Source of the DNA: a virus
Lineage: Duplodnaviria; Caudoviricetes
DNA length: 54,522 nt
IMG/VR virus record: IMGVR_UViG_3300020395_000014
Span: 1 to 54,522 of that record
Reading direction: 5' to 3' (one strand)
Part shown: in pieces, positions 19,615-29,500 of the stretch
Layout of the letters: each line of letters begins with the position of its first letter
How positions within the stretch are numbered: position 1 is the first letter of the stretch
Program-made: the position numbers and the translations under genes
Notes under the pieces: model-generated
What the model saw: only the letters and a program-made list of their open reading frames with translations
Database searches by the model: none
Told to the model about the DNA's origin: nothing

Positions 19615-22600
19615 GTGGCAATAAATTTTCCAAATAGTCCAAGTACCAACGCAAGTCATACTGAAAATGGTTTGACTTGGATTTATGATGGAACTACTTG
19701 GAATTTACAAACAACTATACAATCTGGTGCAACTACATTTACTGGTTTAACTGATACTCCAGGTTCTTATACTGCTGATAAATGGGTTAAGGTAAATGCT
19801 GCAGGAACTGGTATTGAATTAGTTTCTGCTCCTTCTGGTGGTGGAGTAACTGATGGAGATAAAGGTGATATAACTGTATCAGCTTCTGGTGCTACTTGGA
19901 ATATTGATGCTGGTACTGTTGGTACTACCGAATTATCTGCAACGGGAACAAAAGACGCTACAACATTTTTAAGAGGGGATAATACTTGGCAACTTATTAG
20001 TAGTATTACTGGTAGTGGTAGTGTATCTGATGGAGATAAAGGTGATATTACTGTATCAAACTCTGGTGCTACTTGGAGTATTGATGATGATGCTGTTGAT
20101 TCAGCAGAAATAGCAAGTGGTGCTGTAGATCTTGACCATTTATCTGCAACTGGTACGAAAAGCAATACAACATATTTAAGAGGAGATAATACTTGGGCAA
20201 CTATTACTGCTGGTAGTGGTAGTGTATCTGATGGAGATTATGGAGATATAACAGTATCATCTTCAGGTGCAAATTGGAATATTGATGCCGATACTATTGG
20301 TACTACTGAATTATCTGCTACAGGAACAAAAGATGCAACAACATTTTTAAGAGGGGATAATACTTGGCAACTTATTAGTAGTATTAGTGGTGGCGGTGGT
20401 GTATCAGTAACTACTGACGACACTCCTCCAAGTAACCCTTCTGATGGAGATCTTTGGTGGGATTCTGTTGCTGGTGTCTTAAATGTATATTATCAAGATG
20501 CAGATAGTTCTCAGTGGGTTAATGCTTCTGGTAGTCATGGTGGTGCTAATGTAGTTACTGATGATACACCACCTTCTAATCCTAATGACGGTGATCTTTG
20601 GTGGGATTCTAATAATGGTGAGTTAAAAATATATTATGAAGATGTTGATAGTTCTCAGTGGGTTGATGCTGGTGGAGGCGGTGGATCAGGTGGTGCAAAT
20701 TCTGTACAAGTACCAGTATTTGATCAATCAGAAACTACTACTGGATCTTCATTTAATGGTACAGCAACCCGTGTTGATTTTGCTAATAATCCTGCTAGTG
20801 ATCGTCATGTAGATGTTAAGTTTGAAAAATTAAATAATAATGATATATATGAATTTAAACTTGAATATTTTTCTAGTGGTACTAACAGTTATAAAGGATG
20901 GTATCTGGCTGATAAGCAATCTACAGGAATTGATGGTAATAACACTGCAGATGGACAACGTAAGATATCAGGAAAATTACCCAGTGGTCAAAGATGGAAA
21001 GCTTATAGTCAAACCCAAGATGCATCTGCTGGTGCTACTTTCTGGTTAGAGGGAGATTCCCAAGGTAATACTACTCTTCCAGGTTGGGATTGGCCATCAA
21101 CAGGTCTTGCAACAGAGTGGGATCCACAAACTCCAGGTACCTATGGTGGTATAGACACTTTTCATATCGTCATTGACATGCCACGTAAGAAGATGTGGAT
21201 CAAAGAGTACAATGAATCATATGAAGAGGGTTATGGACTCTGGTTACATGCACATAATCATCCTGCACATGCACTTAGTGTCGTTGATCCTACGTCAACC
21301 CCATCAATTTTTATAAGAGATACTGGAACTGGTGAATATTATTTCAGTGTTGGTATGTTTATACCAAGTGATGGTCAGGCATATTGTACTATGGAACCTA
21401 TACCAGAACAGTACAGTGCGTTCCGTAATCTTAGTGGAAGCAGTAGTTCTAGTAGTTCTGGTTCAACTACATTTACTGGTTTAACTGATACTCCAGGTTC
21501 TTATACTGCTGATAAGTGGTTAAAGGTTAATGCTGCTGGAACTGCCCTTGAATTTACTAATGAACCCAGTAGTGGTGTTACAGATAAGATAGAAGAAGGT
21601 GATAGTAAGGTCGAAGTAATTGATACTGGAACTGATGGAAGAGTTATAATCACAATTGATGGTGAAGAAAAGTTTAAATTTGATGAGGCTGCTCATGGGA
21701 TGGGCGGTCATTTTACAGTCAATGGTGGTGGTTTATCTGGAGAAGGGGCAAAAGTAACTTTAGATAGTGGTGATGGTACTGGTAGTGTAAGTTTCTTTAA
21801 TGCTGCAACTACTGGAGGTACTGAGACTTATAGTTTACCAACAGCATATCCAACTGATGATGGACAGATTCTATCATCAACTATGGCTGGAGTTATGTCA
21901 TGGGTAGATGATAATAGTGGTACTACTGCTACAGATAATATTTTTGAATCCAATAGTAAAGTAGAAGTAATTGATACTGGAACTGATGGAAGGGTTATAA
22001 TCACACTTGATGGTGAAGAAAAGTTTAAATTTGATGAGGCTGCTGATGGAAAAGGTGGTTGGCTTACAGTCAATGGTGGTGGTGTATCTGGAGAAGGTGC
22101 AAAATTAACTTTAGAGAGTGGTGATGGTAGTGGTGGTATAAGTTTCTTTAATTCAAAAACTACTTCAGGTAGTGAAAGTTATAATTTACCATTAGCATAT
22201 CCAACTGTTAGTGGATATGTTTTATCAGCAACTACTACTGGTGATATGTCATGGGTTGCTAATTCAGGTGGTAGTGGTCTTCAAAATATTGTAGAAGATC
22301 TTACACCACAGTTGGGTGGTAAGTTAGATACTAATACTCATAATATTGATTTTACTGATGATTCTGCTGCTTATTTTGGTGGATTCAGTTCATCTTATGG
22401 TTATGGATTATCTCTACATCATGACCCTAATAATGTTAATGGAAATATTTCTTTTATAGACGATAGGAGTTATAATGGTCTCCATATCATGTATGGAACT
22501 TCAACTGATTCTTTCGGTAATTATGTAAGTAAGGTATTATTTAAACAAAGAACGGGAAATGGTATTCCAGCATATGATCTAAAGGTATGGAATAGTGGTG

Positions 22601-25600
22601 TTCAACCACGTAATATCCTTGATAAGGATACTGAAGCAGGAACAGCAGGTCAAATATTAAGTGCTACTGGTCTTGGGGGTCTTGATGGGTTAGATTGGAT
22701 TAATAATAATTTCTTAACTCTTAGTGATACACCAAGTACATTTACTGCTAATAAGTGGTTAAAGGTTAATGCTGCTGGAAATGCTCTTGAATGGGCTAAT
22801 GAACCTACTGGTAGTGATACTAATACAACTTATAGTATATCTTGTGCTGATGGTGACAATGCAGATGAAGAAAAGATTAGATTAACTGCTGGTGGTGATG
22901 GTAGTGGAACTGATGATATAGTTTTAGAAGCTGGTACTGGATTATCAATAGCAAGGTCTGGAGATAAAATTACACTTACAAATACTGTAAGTAATACAAA
23001 TACACAATTATCAACTGAACAAGTTCAGGACATTGTTGGTGCAATGGTTGATGGTGGAACTGAAACCAGAATAGGTGTAACATATGATGATACAACAGGA
23101 AAACTTGGTTTTGTTGTTGATGATATGACTGGAGGAAGTGTTCAAGATAAGATACAAGAAGGTACTACAGTTGCAGAGGTATATCAAGCTGGTGGTGGAA
23201 CAGGAAAATTCACTGTTGATATAGAAGGTACAGAAGCAATTGCAATTGATGCAAATCGTCAAATATTAATTAGTGGTAATCAGACTGGAGATAATATAGC
23301 AAAAATTTATAATTCTGATGATGGAACAGGTGGTGGTGTACTTGGAATATATGCTTCATCAAATAATGCTACTCCAAGAGATGTAAGATTCTATAGTGGT
23401 GGTGGTACAGCAAATGAGACATTCCGTATAGGAAAAGATGGTGAAATACATTCATTTGGAAGAATGACCTTTAAGCATCTTGATTCAAGTTTAGAGGGTG
23501 GACAAATATCCTTTGAGAATATTGTTGGTGATAGAGTATATTCAATTGATGCTTATGGAAATAGCAATGCTAATTCTATTATTAGAATTATTGATGAACA
23601 AACATTGACTGGAGGTGTAGGTACTCAAAGATTCTGTGTTAATAGATCTGGTGCTTTCGGAATTGGTAATGTAGGAAATGAAGATTATGGAGCTTCAGGT
23701 AAGGTATTATTGAGTCAAGGAGCGACTCAACCACCTAAATGGGAAACTGTTTCTGGTGTTCCTGCTGCTGCTGGTGGATCTAATAATCAGTTCCAATATA
23801 ATAGCAGTTCATCACTTGCTGGAAGTGATATACTTGTAATGACTAATGATACAGGATATACTGGTAGTGGTCCAAGTTTAACTATTGATGGATCTGGTGG
23901 TAGTGGTGGTGGTTTTGGTAATATTACTTGGGAACCTGGTATTAATGGATTATCTTTCACAAGAGATGCATTCGCACTTTGGGGAGCACCTGATAATAAC
24001 ACAATAAATATGAAAGCTAGTATTGGTTATTCTAGCTCTGTTCAAAGATGGATTCTGAATAACCCTGATACTGGGGGTATGAGTATTGAGAGTAGAGGTG
24101 ATGTAATATTTCAAAAACAGAACAGTCCTAACACTGTTCATATGGTTATTAACCAGACTACTGGTGTTGAGATTAAGAATAGTTTAGATTTATCAACTGC
24201 TACTATTAAAGATAAAGATGGTGACGTAGGAACTCCAGGACAAGTATTAAGTTCAACTTCAACTGGAGTTGATTGGATTACTGTTTCTGGTGGGGGTGGA
24301 TCACCATCTACTCCAGGTGGTAGTGATACCCATGTACAATTTAATAATGATTCTTCATTTGGTGGTGATTCTACGTTTACCTTTGATACTTCTTTATCTA
24401 CAAATACATTAACACTTGAAGGTGCATTCAATTTAGCAGCAGATAGTAGTGCTACTGGTACTGGTGCTAGGATAACTGTTGGTGCTGGTGGAGAATTAGA
24501 AATATTCCATACTTCTAATAACACCTCTGGTATAAGAAGTTCTGGTACTGGTGTATTTGCTATCCAGAATAATAATCAAACTGGTAATAACAATTGGAAT
24601 AAAGCAATACAAATCCAAGCATATGGTGATATTCAATTACGTCATATGACTGGTCCTGATGCCGTCTATTGTACTGCTGGAGGATCTGTTGGTTTATATT
24701 ATAGTGGACAAGGTCCTAAATTAGAGACCACTGCAACGGGAATAAAAGTTAATGGTACTATTGAGACTGGTGGTAATATACCTGTTGTTAATGTAACTAA
24801 TTGGTCAAGTACTGCTGATGATAATGCAGGTACATCAAAATCAGGAACTATTAATAGAGCTGCTTTTGAGAAAGCAATACAGTCTTTATCTAGTACTGGT
24901 GGTATTCTATACGTTCCTCATGGAGATTATCCAATAACTGGCACAATAAATTTACATAATGGAACTTACTATTCAACAGTTAATAGTATGAAGTATAGTT
25001 TTGATGGTGAGGAACAACCTACTATTACTTTACAGAAGGGTGGTACTTATAAATTTGATATGTCAGATAGTACTAATAATAATCATCCATTAAGATTTTC
25101 AACAACTGCTGATGGTACTCATGGTGGTGGTACTGAATATACTACTGGAGTAACTCAGGTTGGTACTCCAGGTCAGGCAGGTGCATATACACAAATAACG
25201 GTAGATGCAAGTGCTCCAGTAACTTTATATTATTATTGTCAACAACATAGTAATATGGGAGGAACTAGTAATATTTCTGATTCATCTGGAGGACCTTTAG
25301 GTGATGGTGGTGGTATAGTTATAATGGGACCAAATTATAGAATTGGTTCTGCTGATTTAGAAGGAGCAAGATTAATATCACAAAACGCTACTGATGATAT
25401 ATTTAAAATAACTAATGTAAGAAATGTAGAAATTAAACAGTTAACATTTGATTCTGCAGTTACAAGAACTGCTGGTGCTGCTATTCATTGTCATTCTACT
25501 ACAAATACTCAACAGATTAAACTTGAGAGACTTTATATTAGACAACACTTTAGTGGAATTAAAATGGATGGACACTCTATTTCAATTCTTAGAGATATTG

Positions 25601-26466
25601 AAATTAGACATATTCCTGATGTAGCAAATTCGTTTGGTCTTCAGTTTAGTGCATCTGCAGGTGGTTCAGAAAAAATAGATCAAATAAGATGTCAAAATGT
25701 TCTTATTGATGGTGATGTACTTGGCGGTAATTCAAATAATGGTAATGCAAGTAATAATACGGTGGGAATTCAAATAAAAGATAGGGTAAATTCAATATGG
25801 TTTGATCATTGTGTATCTAATCGTTGTAAAATTGGATTCTTAATGGATTCATCTGTTCCTAGTGGATCAACAACTAATCCTGGAGCATTCTTCAGATTGA
25901 ATGATTGTGATTTTGATACTAATAGTTTATGTGGTATTTCTATTGAGGGTGGTAGTTTTATTTGGATTAATTCTCCATACATTGGTAGTAATAAGAAAAA
26001 TGGACTTAGAACCACCTCTGGTTTTACAGGTGTATTAAGAATAAATGATGCTGATTGTAGAGGTAATGGTGATCATGGAATTAATATTCAAAGTACAAGT
26101 CATAAGAAGATATTCATTAATAACCCACAATGTTGTGAGAATGGTTCAACAGTGTGGGGTGAAACTAATGTTTCTGATGGTATTCGTGCTGCTTCTCCAT
26201 CAAATGATATTCAGATAATAGGTGGACAATGTGGTGGTGATAATATGGGAGGAACTGGAGGTAATCAAACCAATGCAAGTAGAATGCAATCTCGTGGTAT
26301 TGCGTTAGGTGCTCTTTGTAATAGATGTACTGTAGCATTCGTTGATTGTAGTGATAATAAAGATGATGCACTTGATTTTCCAACTAGTAATGGTACTAAT
26401 AATTGGATTCTTGGTGTTGCTGGTCATCACAGTGGAGCTGATGTTAGGGGTACATGGCCAGGATAG
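19615..26466 (+). CDS. 2283-aa modular tail fibre/tailspike with C-terminal pectin-lyase-like beta-helix
   Basis: MAINFPNSP head; shared shaft modules; AFEKAI....GG.LYVP.G.Y.I beta-helix cap followed by beta-helix-like rungs; SPRY-like and cupredoxin-like inserts. Confidence 0.85.
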   Translation: MAINFPNSPSTNASHTENGLTWIYDGTTWNLQTTIQSGATTFTGLTDTPGSYTADKWVKVNAAGTGIELVSAPSGGGVTDGDKGDITVSASGATWNIDAGTVGTTELSATGTKDATTFLRGDNTWQLISSITGSGSVSDGDKGDITVSNSGATWSIDDDAVDSAEIASGAVDLDHLSATGTKSNTTYLRGDNTWATITAGSGSVSDGDYGDITVSSSGANWNIDADTIGTTELSATGTKDATTFLRGDNTWQLISSISGGGGVSVTTDDTPPSNPSDGDLWWDSVAGVLNVYYQDADSSQWVNASGSHGGANVVTDDTPPSNPNDGDLWWDSNNGELKIYYEDVDSSQWVDAGGGGGSGGANSVQVPVFDQSETTTGSSFNGTATRVDFANNPASDRHVDVKFEKLNNNDIYEFKLEYFSSGTNSYKGWYLADKQSTGIDGNNTADGQRKISGKLPSGQRWKAYSQTQDASAGATFWLEGDSQGNTTLPGWDWPSTGLATEWDPQTPGTYGGIDTFHIVIDMPRKKMWIKEYNESYEEGYGLWLHAHNHPAHALSVVDPTSTPSIFIRDTGTGEYYFSVGMFIPSDGQAYCTMEPIPEQYSAFRNLSGSSSSSSSGSTTFTGLTDTPGSYTADKWLKVNAAGTALEFTNEPSSGVTDKIEEGDSKVEVIDTGTDGRVIITIDGEEKFKFDEAAHGMGGHFTVNGGGLSGEGAKVTLDSGDGTGSVSFFNAATTGGTETYSLPTAYPTDDGQILSSTMAGVMSWVDDNSGTTATDNIFESNSKVEVIDTGTDGRVIITLDGEEKFKFDEAADGKGGWLTVNGGGVSGEGAKLTLESGDGSGGISFFNSKTTSGSESYNLPLAYPTVSGYVLSATTTGDMSWVANSGGSGLQNIVEDLTPQLGGKLDTNTHNIDFTDDSAAYFGGFSSSYGYGLSLHHDPNNVNGNISFIDDRSYNGLHIMYGTSTDSFGNYVSKVLFKQRTGNGIPAYDLKVWNSGVQPRNILDKDTEAGTAGQILSATGLGGLDGLDWINNNFLTLSDTPSTFTANKWLKVNAAGNALEWANEPTGSDTNTTYSISCADGDNADEEKIRLTAGGDGSGTDDIVLEAGTGLSIARSGDKITLTNTVSNTNTQLSTEQVQDIVGAMVDGGTETRIGVTYDDTTGKLGFVVDDMTGGSVQDKIQEGTTVAEVYQAGGGTGKFTVDIEGTEAIAIDANRQILISGNQTGDNIAKIYNSDDGTGGGVLGIYASSNNATPRDVRFYSGGGTANETFRIGKDGEIHSFGRMTFKHLDSSLEGGQISFENIVGDRVYSIDAYGNSNANSIIRIIDEQTLTGGVGTQRFCVNRSGAFGIGNVGNEDYGASGKVLLSQGATQPPKWETVSGVPAAAGGSNNQFQYNSSSSLAGSDILVMTNDTGYTGSGPSLTIDGSGGSGGGFGNITWEPGINGLSFTRDAFALWGAPDNNTINMKASIGYSSSVQRWILNNPDTGGMSIESRGDVIFQKQNSPNTVHMVINQTTGVEIKNSLDLSTATIKDKDGDVGTPGQVLSSTSTGVDWITVSGGGGSPSTPGGSDTHVQFNNDSSFGGDSTFTFDTSLSTNTLTLEGAFNLAADSSATGTGARITVGAGGELEIFHTSNNTSGIRSSGTGVFAIQNNNQTGNNNWNKAIQIQAYGDIQLRHMTGPDAVYCTAGGSVGLYYSGQGPKLETTATGIKVNGTIETGGNIPVVNVTNWSSTADDNAGTSKSGTINRAAFEKAIQSLSSTGGILYVPHGDYPITGTINLHNGTYYSTVNSMKYSFDGEEQPTITLQKGGTYKFDMSDSTNNNHPLRFSTTADGTHGGGTEYTTGVTQVGTPGQAGAYTQITVDASAPVTLYYYCQQHSNMGGTSNISDSSGGPLGDGGGIVIMGPNYRIGSADLEGARLISQNATDDIFKITNVRNVEIKQLTFDSAVTRTAGAAIHCHSTTNTQQIKLERLYIRQHFSGIKMDGHSISILRDIEIRHIPDVANSFGLQFSASAGGSEKIDQIRCQNVLIDGDVLGGNSNNGNASNNTVGIQIKDRVNSIWFDHCVSNRCKIGFLMDSSVPSGSTTNPGAFFRLNDCDFDTNSLCGISIEGGSFIWINSPYIGSNKKNGLRTTSGFTGVLRINDADCRGNGDHGINIQSTSHKKIFINNPQCCENGSTVWGETNVSDGIRAASPSNDIQIIGGQCGGDNMGGTGGNQTNASRMQSRGIALGALCNRCTVAFVDCSDNKDDALDFPTSNGTNNWILGVAGHHSGADVRGTWPG

Positions 26467-26471
26467 AGTTA

Positions 26472-26478
26472 ATAAATA
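26472..26478 (+). promoter_or_regulatory. late promoter ATAAATA
   Basis: Intergenic, before the ATG at 26503. Confidence 0.65.
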
Positions 26479-26502
26479 TAAAAAAGATAGTATAAAAGTA
26501 TA

Positions 26503-29500
26503 ATGGCTATTAATTTTCCTAACAGTCCAACTACAAACGAAACACATACTGCTAGTGGTAAAACTTGGAAGTGGGATGGTACATCTTGGAATTTAGAATC
26601 AAATGCAAGCAATTATACTTTACCTATTGCTACTGCTTCTGCTCTCGGTGGTATTAAGATAGGTGATAGATTAACAATAGATTCTTCCACTGGTGTTTTA
26701 GACGCAGATGTTCAGTCAGGTGGTGGAGGAATATCTGATGGAGATAAAGGAGACATAACAGTATCAGCTTCAGGTGCTACTTGGAATATTGATGCTGATA
26801 CTGTTGGTACTACTGAATTATCTGCAACAGGTACAGCAGATGCAACAACATATTTAAGAGGGGATAATACTTGGCAACTTATCAGTGGTATTGGTGGTGG
26901 AGGTGGTGGTCTTCAAAATATTGTTGAAGACACGACTCCCCAGTTAGGTGGAACTTTAGATACAAACAATCACGGTATTAATTTTGCTGATAACGTAGAG
27001 ATGCGTCTTGGTACAGGCAATGGTGCTGGTGGTGATGGAAGAATAAAACATGATGGTAGTAAATTTTTAATTGATAATCCTGTTGAAGGTACTATTCAAT
27101 TAGGTCCAGCTCCTAATGGTCACGTTGAGATATGGAATAATACTTTTAGACTAAAGAATGGTGATGGAACTAAGACATACATGATGACCAATCATCAAAA
27201 TGCAAAAGAAATTTCTTTGTATTTTGATGGTAATAAAACTTTTGAAACTACATCAGATGGAATTCAGGTTTTTAATGGATATTCTGCTGGTGGTAAAGTA
27301 AGTTGCCACAAGTTAAATATTAGTTCTGATGATGATGCTGGTAATGATGCTTGGATTCAGATAGGATCTAGTGCAGACCTCAAACTGTACCACGATTCTA
27401 CAGACAGTTACATTAATAATATTACTGGTGCTCTTAAATTAGTTAGTCCTAATGGTATAAACATTGGAGGACTTACATACCCTCAAGTTAATGGTTCGAC
27501 TGGAGAAGTTCTTACTTCTGATGGATCAGGTGGTATCTCATGGCAATCTTCATCTAGTAGTGGTAGCACGGTTAAGAATATTACAGTTACAGTAAGCACA
27601 GCTGCTAATGGTCAGGCATCAGGTGTTTTTTACATGGATGGCGTACAGAATCCTCCAATGGATCATATTGAGAGGGGAGTCACTTATGTCTTTGATCAGG
27701 CAGATTCATCTAACGAAACTTTTAATAGTTCAAATCATCCTTTGATGTTTAGTGCAGGTGATGATGGTGACCATAATGGTAATGGACACTATATGACAGG
27801 CATTCAATATAAATTGGATGGTGTAAACAAGACTATGGCAGAGTATGTTTCTGGATTCAATGCTGCCACTGATCGTACAGTAACATGGGTAGTTCCTACT
27901 GATGCACCTGATACAATTTACTATTGGTGTCATCACCATACAAATCAAGGTAATAGTATTAGTATCAATAATGCTTGGACTGCTTTACCTACATTTACTG
28001 AACTTACTGATACTCCAAGTTCTCTTACTGCTGATAAGTGGCTAAAGGTTAATGCTGGTGGTACTGCTTTAGAATATACCAATGAACCTACAGATACTAC
28101 TTATAGTAATGTTACTACGTCTGCTGCTGGATTAGTCCCTATATTACCAGCTTCATCTACTGGTAAGTTCTTTAAAGATGATGGTACTTGGACTGACACA
28201 ACTGATACAACATATTCTCAATCATCAGTTGCTGATAGTAGTAATGTAAAATTAAGATTGAGTGATGGTACTACTGATGATGATATTCTTCTTTCAGCAG
28301 GTACTAATGTTACTTTCAGTAATATAACTGCTGCAGGATTTACTATTAATTCTGCTGGAGGTGGAAGTGGAGGTGGAAGTGGAAGTGGACCTCAATGCCC
28401 AACAATAGACACAACTGCTTCTTCTAGTGGTTGGACATATTCAAATATGGTTGATGGTCATAATCGTACTGTAAGTGTTGGTGCTGCAGGTCATATGGAC
28501 CTTAAGTGTATAAAATTAGATAATGATACAATTTATGAATTTAGAGCTGCTGCTAATAGTGGTCAGTATTGGGGATGGTATATGAGTGATGATGCAAGTA
28601 TTAAAACTGAGGGTCAATCTCAAGATCTAACAAATAATTTATATAAAGTATTCCAAGGTGGTTTTCCAAGTGGTAATTGGATAGCAAATGGTGATCAGGC
28701 TGGTAATATTGTAATGAATTCTGGATTTGATTGGACTACTCATGGTGCTACAGAAAAATTAACCAGTATAAATTGGGGCAATGAACTTCATTTTGTAATT
28801 GATATGCCACATCGTAAGGTGTGGATAAAGGGTATTGACCATTATGGTAATCAAGAAGCAGCTTGGTGGGTTTATACTACTAATCAAACTCCTGGTACTC
28901 CTGTTCGTGCAGATAGTAATCCAACTTTCTTCTTAAGAGAAGATGGTGACATGGCATCTCTTTCTGGAGATTATTACTTTAATATGGCAGTGTTTGCTGG
29001 TCATTTTGGAACTATTACCATAGAACCAATACCACGAACAGAATCCGTATTCCGTTCTATTGGTGGTGGTATATCTGATGGAGATAAAGGTGATATTACT
29101 GTATCAAACTCAGGTGCAACTTGGAATATTGATTCTGGTACTGTTGGTACTACTGAATTATCTGCTACAGGAACAAAAGATGCGACAACATATTTAAGAG
29201 GTGATAATACTTGGGCAACTGTTAGTGGTGCAACTGATACAACATATGACTTAGTATATACAGAGCATAGTTTAGGATCTGGTAGTGGACTTGGTAATGA
29301 TTTAATCATTAAGTTAAGAGATAGTAATAATAATGATGATGAGATTAGTATAGTTTCTGGTCCTAATGTATCATTTAGTCATGATACTACTAATAAGAAA
29401 CTTACTATTTCTTCTTTTAATAATGGAATTAGTGATGGTGACAAAGGAGATATTTCAGTAACAAATACTGGTGCTGTTTGGAGTATTGATAATGATGTAA

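Larger units (their letters stand above)
17945..29500 (+). repeat. dispersed DGDKGDITVS...ELSATGT...LRGDNTW module, about 7 copies
   Basis: Approx. 17945, 19852, 20029, 20230, 26737, 29077 and a degenerate copy at 29434; near-identical DNA between genes. Confidence 0.9.
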
